Source: Ramazzottius varieornatus (Eukaryota; Animalia; Tardigrada). From it: DNA of 64,000 bases. This document shows, piece after piece, positions 1-18,400 of this stretch. Positions within the stretch are counted from its first letter, which is position 1, and every line of letters starts with the position of its first letter. The DNA is taken from contig BDGG01000012.1 of the NCBI GenBank assembly GCA_001949185.1, positions 1,542,973-1,606,972 on the forward strand, in the 5' to 3' direction. The notes below the pieces were generated by a model. That model saw only the letters and a list, made by a program, of their open reading frames with translations. It ran no database searches and was not told where the DNA came from. The position numbers and the translations under genes are program-made.

Positions 1-205
1 AGCAAATGGACATTTGTAGTGGTCCCTTCGAGAGATGAAGAGGCTGCACTTGGAAGCTTGGCTGTCATATAATCTGGTTGTCCGACTGTCCACGATTTAA
101 AGCGGAACACTTGGACGGTAACCTAGGTTGATCTCTCGAACCACTGCAGTACTGCTTGCATCTTCTGATTCTTCTCCGTCCTGAAAGCGGATTCAGTCGT
201 CAACG

Positions 206-5098
<4,893 letters not shown>

Positions 5099-6176
5099 GA
5101 GGGTTCGTTTTCACAGTCCACGCTTCCGTCGGTCAGTTTTCCCCATCCAAAGGTTTCCCCTGGCCCTTGTTGCTTCGTTGAGTCTGACAGGCGTTCTGAT
5201 GGGTCGTTCGGTTTTGGCCAAAGAAGACACACAGTCCCTCTTCGTTTGATCTGTTCGTCACATACATACACTCACACTCGCAAAAGCCAGTTTCCTACCT
5301 GATTACATACCAAACATACATCGCCAAAATGGGTCCGTCGGTTCAGTCGGGAGAGAAAGTCCTCGTTGAAGCTCTTACCATTCAATATTTTCATACACTA
5401 CCATAGCCGCAGTCAGTATGGGAGGTGTCTGTCTTTTCCGCGCCATACTTGTGCCTGAATACGGATTCTCAAATATGGACTGGACACTCTTCTCATTCGA
5501 CAAAGAAGACAGTATTTGTCGGTATTTTTCCTTGGCTTCGGTATACTGCTCACTTTCACCTGTCTTCTTCCTCCCCCTCCACAAAGACGAGATACAGCAT
5601 GATGGGTGATATTCCTGTCTTTGCGAAAAGACTTCATCTTCTCCCCTGCCAGAATTTCTAGTCTCTTTGGAATAATGCCAGTCTTTTCTCTGCAATATGA
5701 TAATCGCCTATCCTGGTCTTTTTTCTCCTGGTATATTATATCTCTATACTCGTCTTACGCTCTCCTGTGACGTCTTCCTGTTCTTTCTCTGCCCAGTTCA
5801 CCCGGTTATTCCTCTATGGCATCGCGCGCGCTGCTTCTGACTCGGAATTTTGTTGTGTCGGGTCTGCTGTGTTCCTGGTTCCTGACCGGACGCCTATGGA
5901 GGGAATGCAGAGTTCCTGACGGCATCTCAAGAAAGGTAGTTCTCTCTTACTCTTTTTAGCTGCGTCTGGTTCCTCGAGAATGCTCGTATTGTGTAGTGGT
6001 GGTGTAGAACGAGTTGTCTATCTGATGTATCAACGTTTTATCTCTAAACCCCTTCCCGGCTGCGGCCTAACACGGCAAGGCATCCCTCCTAAGTTTTGTA
6101 TTTTGATTTTTTTTGATTCCCACTGAGTTTTCTCGCGCGCCGTTTTTGCTAGTTTTATTCCGATGTTGTGTTATCG

Positions 6177-6182
6177 AATAAA
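6177..6182 (+). terminator. AATAAA polyadenylation signal of Argonaute (implies ~1.1 kb 3' UTR)
   Basis: AATAAA followed by GT-rich sequence, between the AGO stop and the convergent RPL19 3' end. Confidence 0.55.
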
Positions 6183-6656
6183 ATGTGTCTTAGTAGATCG
6201 TAACGTTGTCCTTTGATCGCGGTCGCTCAGAATTCCCGGGAAAATACTCGCACATACTGCGCGAGTCTTACGTATTTGAATCACCCAGGAAGTTCGACTT
6301 GCCGCAAGTCAAAACGGCCCGAACAGCGAACTACGAAGTACGAACCATCACACCGAACCGACCAAAGCTTTTGCTGCGTTTGAGCTGGGGAGTGCGGAAG
6401 GACTAGCTCTCCTGTTTACCGCGTCATCGTTGACAGCGGGACGAATTCGAGCTTGCTGTAGATTACGACGGGATGACAGAACGAGCAGGCTTCACACTCT
6501 TTACAGTTGACATTGTTCGTTTCATAAAGCCTGATAATCGAATAAAACGAAGAAAGAGTTTTCAGTGGCAAAGTACGGTTAGTACAGTAAGCAAGAGAAA
6601 CTTCAAAAATGGAAACCGAGAGGAGTGAATAAAAATAAGACTGCAACATAACGGAC

Positions 6657-7563
6657 TTATGCTTCCTGGGGAGTCGTTTCGTCCGTCTGGGCCAGAAGAT
6701 CCTTTCGCTTCTTGACCTGTCGCTCTTCTCGTTTCTTACGGTGTTCTCGGTTCTTGACACGACGAGCTTCGGCTTGATCTCTGTAACAAACAAGAAATAC
6801 AACGTCAAAGTGCATTCCGCACGACGTCTGCCAGACATGGAACAATCAAGCAGAAAAACCGCGTTTAGTAAATTCTGAAGTAACTTACGAAAGTTGCTTG
6901 CTGCGCACGTTCTCGGCCTTCCTCTTGTGAATGAATTCCATGAGCACGCGTTTGTTACGGAAAACGTTACCCTTGACTTTGAGGTACAGGCTGTGATACC
7001 TGTGAAGAAAAGCGCAATGACGCAATTTAGGCATAGCACCATTCTAAAATCTGAAGCGATCGATCGATCAAACAATCAATAAACTTACAGGTGCTTGTCT
7101 ATCTTCTTCTGCTCGCGGTACTTCTTCAACATCCTTCTCAGCACTCTCATACGACGAATCCATATCACTTTTTCGGGCATGCGCGCGTTGGCGGTACCCT
7201 TGCGCTTTCCCGTGCCCATGTGACGCCCCTTCCGACGGGCTTCAGCATTCTTTCGCACACGCGCACGGGAATGAACCGCTACAGGCTTCTTGATGATCAA
7301 ACCATCCTTCACAAGACGACGGATATTCTGACCTACGAAACATAACATCCAGTTTCACCGTCGACCATCACACAAGATGCCAGATTACTTACGGGAATTC
7401 GAGTTGGTAATTTCGGTGATCTCATTGGGATCCAGCCATACTTTGTTCTTCCCACATCGGAGGACCGATGCAGCCAGGCGCTTCTGCAAGCGCAAGGTGG
7501 AACTGCAAGCAACAGACGATACACTCAGCCATCCAGGAACACTAGGGCAGCATCTTACCTCAT
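6657..7563 (-). CDS. RPL19: 60S ribosomal protein L19 (eL19), multi-exon
   Basis: ATGAG mini-exon 7559-7563, then [27 protein letters not shown] and [20 protein letters not shown]; stop at 6657-6659. Confidence 0.97.
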
Positions 7564-8413
7564 CTTGATGGATTATCCAGTGAGATTCACCAGTGAACAA
7601 AAGGATAATTTGGGTCTACGTTACGGTAAAACGGTTCTTCGCAATGCGCAAACAGAGCGACTGAAGGTTTTCGCTGGATGAGCTAATCGTGGAAAGCGTA
7701 CGGCAAACGTCTGGAACGTTTTCGAACCGGCAATGTGCTACATTCGGTTCACTCTGTTCCGTCTGCCGCAAGCAGTCAGAACGCATGACGTCAGATCCAT
7801 CTCGCTCACAGTCGTACCCGTTGTCCTTATGGTGGGTAAGAGTTACCGTGAGACCGTAGGTAATTTCTGGAGTTTGAAAAAGTCTTAACGCGAGTTGATT
7901 GTCAATCAACCCAAGTGACGCTTTCGTACGCTTCGGAAGCCGGTGTATTCTGCCTCGAGCATTTCCACACTTCTCCACCACGTGGTCGTGCTTGCGACTT
8001 GCGTGAAGCACGTGGGACATGGTTCTACGTTATCGGAGCTCTCGCACAGAAATCAGCTGTTTCTGTTACGACACACGTGCGAGCCACAAGGCGCACGAGT
8101 TTCGCCGTGACAAACGTGTAAACTGGAATTAATTTTTCCAATCTCTAGTTTTTTCGGTCCACGGATGTTCATCCTCGTTCTCATGGAACAGTCAGCTGAT
8201 TGACCGCCTCAACGCATTCCGTGTCGAGATGATCACGTGGCTCGTTGCCAAGATCGGAAGCGGAAGCACTCGAATAAAACTGGGATTATTTTTAATGCTC
8301 CTGCCCTCGAGTTGGGCTGTTACTGGAGCTCCAGCAGTACCATTGTTGTCCTTTGAACTAATTGTCTAATCTAATCTTGAGTTACTGCATGAGAAAGAAG
8401 CCGCGATAGAAGA
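7564..8413. promoter_or_regulatory. Divergent RPL19/PFK promoter region with CRE and E-box cluster
   Basis: Head-to-head genes; TGACGTCA at 7786-7793; CACGTG at 7979, 8009, 8074 and 8234. Confidence 0.5.
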
Positions 8414-11400
8414 ATGGCTACGGTAAGCAGCAGCCAAATTATTTCGTTGCGTCAGCGTATTGTTTCGTGTAGGAAGTTGGAGTGGCTGATGTTGTTGTTT
8501 ACTTGAAGGGCGAGGACATGGAGGCACAGGAGATGCGCAAGATGAAGTCTCTGGAGCGCTTCGAGCGCCGGGAATCCGTCACTACGGATCCAGCACCAAA
8601 GATTGTTGCACTCCGAGGAGGTATCGAGTCGGATGCGCTACGCTTGATGAAGCCTAGTACGTGGCTGGGAAAAGCGGTGGGAGTTTATTGCAGTGGTGGG
8701 GATTCCCAAGGTACCGTACGCTGTCTACTGACAGTACTCAGAATGTCTATAGCCTTAATCCAATAGGTGCCTATAGCGAGAAGTGTTTTGCAGGGATGAA
8801 TGCAGCTGTGCGCGGCGTAGTTCGAATGGCTTTGTATGTTGGGGCGAAAGTTTTCTTCATTCACGAGGGCTATGTCGGAATGGTCGAAGGTGGAAAGCTG
8901 ATCCAAGAAGCGACATGGGAAAGTGTTTCTGGCATTATACAGAAGGCACGTGTGTATTATCATGATGTGGCTTATGGTTTGAAACGAGTTTTGGGTGGTG
9001 TTTCCATGTTGATCGGTTCTGTCATGTATATAGGGCGGAACCATCATTGGCAGTGCTCGATGTGCGGAGTTCCGGCAACGTGCCGGACGATTGAACGCAG
9101 CCTACAACCTTGTTTCCCGGGGGATCTGTAATATTGTCTGCATTGGTGGAGACGGCAGTTTGACCGGTGCAAACTTGTTCCGTCAGGAATGGCAGTCGCT
9201 CTTGCAGGAACTTGTGGATAACGGTAGTTCCTTAGTATTGATTTCACTCACTTCCGGTGTTTTCTTAAACAGACTACCAACGCGTAAAAAAGCGGATCTA
9301 AGATAACATACGCTTGTTCACAGCTAGGATAACTCCAGAGCAACAGGAGAAGTATAATTTCCTCAACATCGTCGGCTTGGTCGGATCAATCGATAATGAC
9401 TTCTGTGGCACTGACATGACCATTGGTACCGATAGCGCCTTGCATAGAATCGTCGAATGCATTGACGCCATCACCACAACTGCCCAAAGGTACTTAGCTT
9501 TTTTTTGGTAACCCTTTTTTTGTGTAAGAAGCGAAAAGTCATCGACTGACACTGAGTTTTTCCGATTCCAGCCATCAGAGAACCTTCGTACTTGAGGTTA
9601 TGGGCCGTCACTGCGGCTACCTCGCCCTCGTCGGCGCATTGGCCTGCGAAGCCGACTGGTTAGTACCACCTTCCCGTCTTTTGATGCTGTTTTAGAGCTG
9701 CAAGTTTATGAACGTGTGGCGTTTCAGGGTGTTCATTCCCGAATGGCCACCGGAAGAGAACTGGCCGGAAAGCATGTGCAAGAAGCTGGCACAGGTAAGA
9801 TCATTTCTCGCAGTACGTACCTATCTGAGTTCGTTCGAACGCTGTTGGCTGTATGTTTCTAGGAACGAGAAATGGGACATAGATTAAATATCGTGATAGT
9901 ATCTGAAGGAGCGATTGACCGAACAGGGAAACCCATCACTTCCGAACAAGTCAAGAACGTCATAGTGGACCGTCTGAAGCAGGACTGCCGCATCACCGTT
10001 CTGGGTCATGTGCAGCGCGGAGGAAATGCCTCCGCTTTCGACCGCGTTCTGGTACATTCTCTTACGAGCAACTTTTCAGCTTGTGCGAAGGCGTCTTATG
10101 ATTGCGTTTCAGGGCACTCGAATGGGCGCAGAAGCAGTCTTTGCCCTAATGGACGCAACACCCGAAACAGAAGCTTGCGTTATTTCCATCGACGGAAACC
10201 AGGCAGTTCGCACGAACCTGATGCAGTGCGTAGAACGAGTAAGACTTTTCCTTTCGTCCGCATTCTTTTTCATTCAAGCTTCCGTAACGTAACTACTCTA
10301 TTGCAGACGCAAATGGTAGCAAAAGCTATGGCTGACAAGAACTGGGATTTAGCTGTTAAGCTTCGTGGACGCAGCTTTGTTCGCAATCTCACAACATACA
10401 AGATGCTCACCAAGCTCAAAGCACCCGAAAAGCCTGGAGCGAAAGACAAACAGGTACATATTATACTTCGATCCTATTTCCGAACTGAAGTTCCTTTCTT
10501 TCGATTGTCGCATATTTAACTAGCGCTCTTGGGTTTATAGAGAAATCTCGCGGTGATGTGTATCGGCGCGCCCTGCGGTGGAATCAACGCCGCTACTCGT
10601 TCCTTCGTGAGAAACTCCCAGTATCACGGTTACCGTACCTTTGCTGTCTATGACGGCATCGAAGGTTTGGCTGCAGGCAGCATCAAAGAGCTAACTTGGA
10701 TGGACGTTAGCGGGTGGAATGGCGAAGGTGGAGCTCTCCTCGGCATCAAGCGAACTCTAGCCGGTGACTACCTTCCCGCATGCGCTGAAAGCCTGAAGAA
10801 GTTCGAGATCGAAGGCTTGGTCATCATCGGTGGATTCGAGGTGAGCCTTACGTGAACTATTCGAGACGTCGGCAAACGATTTCACCCAGATCGGTCCAAG
10901 TAGCGCGCGTTTTCATTGTTATGGGACGAGAGCGTGCGCCACTTGGAATAACGATGTGGGTGAGCTCATTTACCGATTTCCCGTTCACTGTTACGGGAAG
11001 CCCTAGCCTATTTGCTGTTGTATTCTAGGCTTACCATTCAGCTCTACAGTTCGCCGAAGGGCGGAAGAACTATCCGGATCTGCGCATACCCATAATCGTC
11101 GTGCCTGCCACGATCAGTAACAACGTGCCGGGTACTGACTTCTGTTTAGGTGCAGATACGGCAATCAACGAGATTTGCGAGATCTGCGACCGGCTAAAGC
11201 AGTCTGCCATCGGTACCAGACGGCGAGTTTTCGTGATTGAGACCATGGGAGGCTACTGTGGCTACTTGGCCACCATGGCCGGCATAGCAGCAGGCGCAGA
11301 CGCAGCATACATTTTCGAAGAACAAGTTAGCATTGATGATTTACGGAATGATGTGAGGCATCTGACGGCCAAGATGGCGACGAATGTACAGCGAGGCTTG

Positions 11401-11987
11401 ATCATTCGTAATGAGTTTGCTCACGCCAACTACAGTCTGGACTTTGTGAGGAGAATGTACGCGGAAGAGGGCAAAGATATCTTCTCGTGTCGAGAAGCCG
11501 TACTGGGCCATGTGCAGCAAGGCGGCAGGCCTACGCCTTTCGATCGTAACTTGGGTACCAAACTGGCTGCCAGAGCGATCGAATACATGGATGAAATGAT
11601 AACGAAAGGTGCGTCCTGACATACTGTAATGTGGGGTGCCTTATTGAGATGTCATTTTCGCATGGTATGGTTGTAGGTAATCTCGGGAACGAGCCAACTT
11701 CGTGCGCCTTGTTAGGCATGATAAAACGACAAGTGAACCTGACGCCGGTCCAAGCTCTTGCCACCCAAACAGACTTTTTGTAAGTATTACTATATCGCTT
11801 CCTTCAGTGGAAACGTCTTTCGTTGTTCATTATTTTGCTCTTTAGGCATCGCATACCAAGAACGCAGTGGTGGATGATCCTTCGGCCCTTACTACGCATC
11901 ATGGCTAAGCACGCCAGTGTTTACGTTTCAGAGATCGAAGATGCTACTGATGATCCTGATGCCGGTACGAGATCGGTACTGGGTTGA
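8414..11987 (+). CDS. PFK: ATP-dependent 6-phosphofructokinase (eukaryotic, two-half), multi-exon
   Basis: [81 protein letters not shown]; stop at 11985-11987. Start proposed at ATG GCT ACG mini-exon 8414-8422; alternative ATG 8518. Confidence 0.96.
10865..10980. repeat. Family B palindromic (MITE-like) element in a PFK intron
   Basis: Imperfect ~115-nt inverted repeat GACGTCGGCAAACGA...CCAAGTAGCGCGCGTTTTC-13nt-GAGAGCGTGCGCCACTTGG...TCATTTACCGATTTC; related copies elsewhere in the window. Confidence 0.75.
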
Positions 11988-12484
11988 GGCCCGAGGATCG
12001 GAGAATCTCCTGCTATCAAAGTTTTATCGTTTGGTTGGAGTTTTATTGTCTTTGTACTGCGTATCATTTCGCTCTCGATCGTGCTGTACTGCTGAACGAG
12101 TGACAATCCAGTTTACTGTTTCAGATTTCTACGTTTAGTATTTTCTGACTGTGACGTCCGTCTTGTGCTGAGTCCTTCGTTCGTGATCGTGACCGTGATC
12201 GCCACTCGGACTTCATAGCCAGTGGTCTTCTGTAGCGTATTTGGTTGTTTCTAAAGGTATTCTGTTCGTGCTTTTTACCGCTACTTTTGTTTGACACAGT
12301 AAATGTTGGGAAATAATTTGTTGAGCAATCTCCTCCAAGTTGAAGTCATCTAGTAAAATAGATAAGGCGAACAATCCATATTTTAGGCATAAAAAATGTG
12401 TGACAGTAAAAAGTAAAAAAAGCAAACATATCTCTCTAAAAAGCGGTAAAAGAAAAATTTAACTAGAAGGGTCAAGAACCAGCT

Positions 12485-15400
12485 TTAGCAGAAAAATTCG
12501 TCAGAACCATCACCACAGTTGTCGGTTGCATCACCTGCAAAACAGAGAGATCGTCAGCTTGAGCATCAGAATTTTGACTGGTTTCTCTTCAGTTCCTGTA
12601 AGCAACTTGGACTTACAAACTAAAGTTTCGCTAATGCACCGGCCATTTGTACACTTGAACTCCCCGCTAAAGCAACGCCCACAGCCCAATGGTTCGTCAC
12701 TTCCATCCGAGCAATCGGGGAAGCCATCACCTACGAGAAAGTATCCGGTAAGTAACTGCGGAGCTTTCTAGATGGACTTACTGCTGACGTACAGATTCGG
12801 TAGGACAAAATGCATTGTCCGTTATTGCAGGGCTTTTCCAGCGCGCTGCAAGTTCTGGGTATTGTCGTACTGGGACGTCTTTGGATAGGCCTGTTCTGAA
12901 CCTGGACGCTGAGAGGTCGCTGGGGTTGACGCGGCGAATCGATGTGGAACTGACCACCCGTTCGAACGAAGGTCGGAGTGGTTACGGCTGTGACTGGTTC
13001 TTCCGTCGTCGCCACCCGAACAACAGGACAGTCGCAAGGTTGCGTGTCAACACTAGTGCCCTCCAAATTGAAGCAAGCTTGATCGTCCACAGGCTGGCCA
13101 TTGGAAAGACAAGAACGATGCCGTGTTTGGATGCCGTTTGAATGGCACGGCTGAACAGAACACACCGACCAGTTACTCCAGTCGGACCAAGTCACTGCAA
13201 AAAGAAAACAAGACGTCCATATCAATCCAGTTGGCAAGATGGCAGACAAAACACCGACCTGCGTACACTGTACCATACACATATCATAACCGGCATATAC
13301 GCAGGCGGATAGATCAAAATATGACCCATCCGTCATCAACCTGCATACTACAACCTGCCTAAGTGCCTGATGCACGTGTGCTTGATAAGTGATGCAAAAT
13401 AAGACATAGTACAGTTTCGTGCACTGCTTGCTCAGCCGATAAAAGTCATTATTTCTTACATTTTTCTTCTGGTGCTGCAATTGTTGTTGTTGCGAAAGAC
13501 ACAAAAGCTGGAGTTGACGTTATGGTGTCAAGAAGCATTTCGTCTGGCGACGGCCCGGTCGTGGTCAAGTCGTCCACTGACAGGTCACTGGTGGTCGTCT
13601 CGCATACACAAGCTCGGGCTTCGATAGGCTGTCCACCATTCAGGGCACAAACAGCATCAGCATCAGGAACTGCCGAAGATCCACTGATGGACGTCAGACA
13701 GACTCGTGTTCGGCTTTGGAACCCATCCGTGGTGCAGACTGGTGCGGAACAAGCTCCCCATTCACTCCAGTTCCCCCAAGACGCTGAAACCGAAACAGCT
13801 AATTAGCAAACTCAACCTACACTCGTTAGGTTACGAAGACTGAACTTCACTGTCTACATACAGATCAATACGGGCACCGTGACGTTTTCCGTGAAGTCCG
13901 AAAACTCGTATTCGGTCGACGGCCATCCTTCAGTCGTGGTCGTGGTGGTTCTGGTAGTAAGTCGTCTCGACGTGGACTTGCGGGTGGACATGTGCGTACT
14001 GGTTGTCTTCCAGGTCGTGGTTGGCTCCGCCGTGCTCGTTACAAAGTCGGCATCGAAGTCGTCCATGTTGAACACGGAGGCAGTCGTGGTTGTGGCCGAC
14101 GCAGCCGCCATCACTGTCGTGTTCTCAAGGCTACTTTCCGTGTGACCAAACGGTACGACGAGCGTTGGTTTGACTGTATCGATCACCGTGGTGGACGCAC
14201 TGGCATCGTCCGCCGAGAAGTGGTTCAGCTGGACGCTACCTTGTGGTGCGAATGAGTTTGGCGGAGCTTGATTCGTGTTGCTGAGGGGAGGCAGAGGTTC
14301 ATTCAAGCTGAAGCCATTGCCGAAGGCTGTTTCGTGGCCCCGGTTGAACGGCGCATTCTGACCGTTAAAGTTGGGCTGGAGTGGATGGAAGGGTTCTTGG
14401 TTGGGCTGACTAGGTGGCGCTCCGCTGAACTGGTTGTGGAATTCCGATGGTTGGTTCTGCATGTTGAGACTGAAGGTTGTTCCTTGTTGGTTGGGGTTGG
14501 CCAGAGTGACGAACTGAGGAGCTTGGCTATGCGGCTGTTGTGCAGCCACTGGTGGTTGTCTGGTGTTGAAGGGGCTCAGAGCGGTGTCAAAGCTGTGCCA
14601 CTCTGTGGTCATCGGCAGATTCGAACTGCAACATAAGAAATATATCATTATACAAAGAAAACAACTGGATTGTTAAATGGTCCAGCTACCTGTTAGGAAC
14701 TCTTTGTGGGTCGTGATTTATAGTCTCCATTCCGTTGATCGTAGGCGAAGCAAAGTTATTCGGTTGTACTTGGATGAAGTCAGGTTGGTGTGTGAAAATG
14801 TTGGAAGTTAGGCTGACATGTCCAACTTCCGGCGGAGACTGGAAGCCCTGACTTGGCGAAGGATGACTGGGTTCGAAGTTGAACGGCACGACGGGTGAAG
14901 CGTGGTTCTGTACTTGGTTGATAGCTGGCCCTAAACTATCCGAATTTTTCGTGACTACTACGTGATGCGCGGTGGTCGGTTGTTCTTGGTGTGGTGTTGT
15001 GGTTGTCGAGGCGAACGTGAAAGCACTTGTAGAAAAGACGCCGTAATCTTGAGTAGTTGAGCCAAGTGTCGGACTGCTTGGTGGAAAAGTGGCTAACAGT
15101 AACTGCTGCTTCTTTCCTTTCGATCCCACGCCAACACCAACGCCGAATGTCTCGTCAAGAAGGTCAGAAGGTGCCACTTGTTGTGACGTTGTGGTGGCCA
15201 TGACGGCTAACTTCTGGCTTGTTGTGGGCTTGGGGGTTGTGAGAAATGTCGTGGTGGAAAATGCATCCGTAGTTTGTTTATCGGTGGTCGCCACGACCGG
15301 ACTGACGGATACGGAACTGCTGTTGATGGACAGACTACTAGGCACACTTCCCGACGGGCCCAGTTGCATCAGCTCGGATTTCATCCTGCTTGCATTGTCC

Positions 15401-18400
15401 GGCTGCGCGTCCACCATGACCTCGTTGGTTGGTGAAGACACCGTCGAACTGGTCAAGTTGGCCAGCGGTAAGGCTACAAGAAAATAAGCACTAAATTAAA
15501 CGTTCTCGTTTCTGAATAAACGTGTCATAGCTTTGCTAAATAGAAGTCTCAATATTAAGTACATATTTTTTCATTATCATTCACAATCGACAATTCAGAC
15601 GTGGGCAAATGAAATGAACCAAGGTTATATGGAGCGGCGCACGTTTCCGTTGTTATCAGCTGGAAGTGTGCGCCACTTAGGAGAACAACGTGCTCCAAAT
15701 CACGTTCCCACGTCCTAATTATAGCAACTAAGTTTGAAAGTACGAGTAACATCAAAGATCAAAGCAGAGTTTAAAATGGCGGTAGGTTTAGTGAAATGCG
15801 GAAGTTAAAGTCAAGTGTGCGGAAAGCTTCCTCGTACTGATGCCAACCTCTAAAGAACAACGAGTTGGTGACGACCGGAATGCCTTTGAGGCGCATTCCC
15901 ACGAGATCCGTATTGGTGGCTCCCGCAAAGGCTTTTGAGGTTTTGGATTCGGCCACGTCTAGTGGTTGCGCATTCTTGAAAGAAACTTGAAAGCGAAGGA
16001 AAATCTGGTGAGCGTCCGGCCTGCGCAATCAATAACACATGTGTTTGACATTAACCTTCATTTCTCGAGACAGTCGTTGGCAGGTATGAACTTGACGTAA
16101 CCTCTAACATACCGTTGCGGCGTCGGAACTGTTATAGAGTTTATATCGTCGGCTGCAAATCCGCCGACTCCTTGTACCACTTCTTTGAGCTGCAACACAG
16201 CAATAACCATTAAGTACTCTTAAAACGATTTTTGAACTACCAAAGGTACGGATAAACAAACGAAACATATCGTAAATCATATAGGTTCAAGTTTGCGTTT
16301 AGTCTGCAATTTTAGTCAATTTCTTTCAAATTTGTTTTTCCGAAAAATAAGAGTTTGGCCAACAAGCCCAAAAAGATTATTTTCCCACGCGGCGCACGCT
16401 TTCGGCTAATCACACTGGAAACGTGCGCCACTTGAGAAACAACCCTGCCAAGTTTGTCGAGATCCCAAATATTCCGAATTTGGTTTTGATGTAAATTTGG
16501 TGGGTGGATATTTACCAATTCTTGCATATCACGTTGTATCCTTTTCAGGGCTTCGTCGGGAGGCCGACCGGGATCTGTCATTAGATCCGCGTAGGCTCCA
16601 TGTGTAGTGTCTAGCGTCAACTGTCCGCTAATCATGTTAGTCACTAGAACGACAAGTAGAGCATAAACGATGCGTACTGATCAAAAGTCAAGACGTAACC
16701 ACTTTCAGACATTCCATACTGCATTCTTCAGCGTCAGTATTTTGAGGTAAAGTGCATACTATCAACTTACGCTGTGTTTGAGGAGCTGAAGCAGCCGATT
16801 GTCCTCGGTTTGCGAAAGCTGTCGATAATACATAAACGTCAATATGATGGAATTATGCCAGACAGATCAGATGTCGCAGTTCACATCAACCACGAGACAT
16901 TTGAACTTACCGGTGAAATACACAACAGGTGCGACAACAAGGCCAATAACGAGTATGGCAAAAACAATCAACATGCCAATTGTGCACTGTCTTCCGCGAT
17001 ATTTGATGAAGGTAACGTGACGCTTGGAAGGCGGTGGATGCTGGTACTTCTGTAAATTTGATATGTATTCGGCATATTTGGCGGATGCACTAACGGTAGC
17101 CGATCCCGTCGTCGCATCGGACTTCTGAGGCGTCGAACCCGAAGCGGAAGCTCCCGAGCCAGATCCCGACGGCGTCGGAGCCGACTTTGTAAGCATACTA
17201 GCCTGGGTCCTCGACGTCTTCTGTGATGTGAGACTGGTATTCTCGTCATGATGAAGAGCATAACCATGGTCCGCATTCTGCAAAGATCAAAGAGCTCAAA
17301 TTAGAATTAATCGAGCCGTCATGAAACGGAAAAGAACACAATGAATGGATTCTCACCCACCTGCATACAGGCACGGTATGGTAGAATGGGTGACTACTTT
17401 GTATGTAGGTGGGTGAGAGATGGCTATTTCTGTTTTTTTATGGTTGTTGTGGACTTGCCAGATTTGAGTGAGGTCTAAATTTGAGATTACTTCCTTGGTC
17501 GGTCTAATTCGTTCCTAAATGTGCACTGTTTACATCCGATCGATTTCCTCTCGATGTTTAAAGAAAACTTTGAACAAAGGATCAACGCGCCCTTATTAGA
17601 GTAAACAACCAAATTATGTTTGATTTCCGCGTCCGTATTGCGATCCATAAATAAACAGCTAAATGTCAAAATGCAGGTTTCCAACTGCCGGCGGAAGCAG
17701 CTATAGGGAAATGACATTGGAATAAATCAACACGATTCTTTCTGAGGGGTATCAGACCGAACTAAATGGGCATTTGCAGTCGACCGAGAACTGAAAGTAA
17801 AGTCTGTTGCATCTTCAGGCTCCGGTCCTTCTGTTAGTTTACACAACCTCATGACCAAAACTCCCTGCACATTTCTCCAGTAAACTCGCGCATCCACCGT
17901 AGTCTACCGCGTACTCCAGTGCGCCTCTCTGTGATGAACCAGCGCAACAGTTCCAGTTTTCACCGTGGCGCACTGCTGTACCCCCTAACCTGGAGAGGTC
18001 AAGCGGTAAGCACACAATGCCCCACATCAGCTTGCGCAGTAATTCACATGAGTTGTGTAAATGGGGAACTTTTGCGTAAGTCACTCCAACTTGCTCGACT
18101 TTCAGCAGAGCTAAGTTTTTGGTAGAATTCGGGGCTTGGCTTCTGATTCGTAGACATTGAACTGGGGGATTTTAATCAGAGCAATGAACGTTGCAGTATA
18201 AATCTCGGCCTGCGGTACCTGTTGACTTTACAATATTGACAGTTTATTGGTGTCGGCTTTGTTTGATTATAAAGTGACGTGTCGGGTAAAATATGATATT
18301 GATCCTGGTGACATCATCGACAATAGGATAGGAAGGAAATCTTGTTTATTCAAGCGACTCTTCGAGCCAGACCTAAGTCTGGCTCGAGGAGCAGTAATTG

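Noticed and set aside
5294-5301. let-7 site in the AGO 3' UTR
   Set aside because: Only CTACCT followed by G; not a canonical seed match (TACCTC)
10841-11028. Family B as an intron-creating (introner) element
   Set aside because: Element ends do not coincide with splice sites; copies lie inside introns, and this PFK intron position appears to be ancestral
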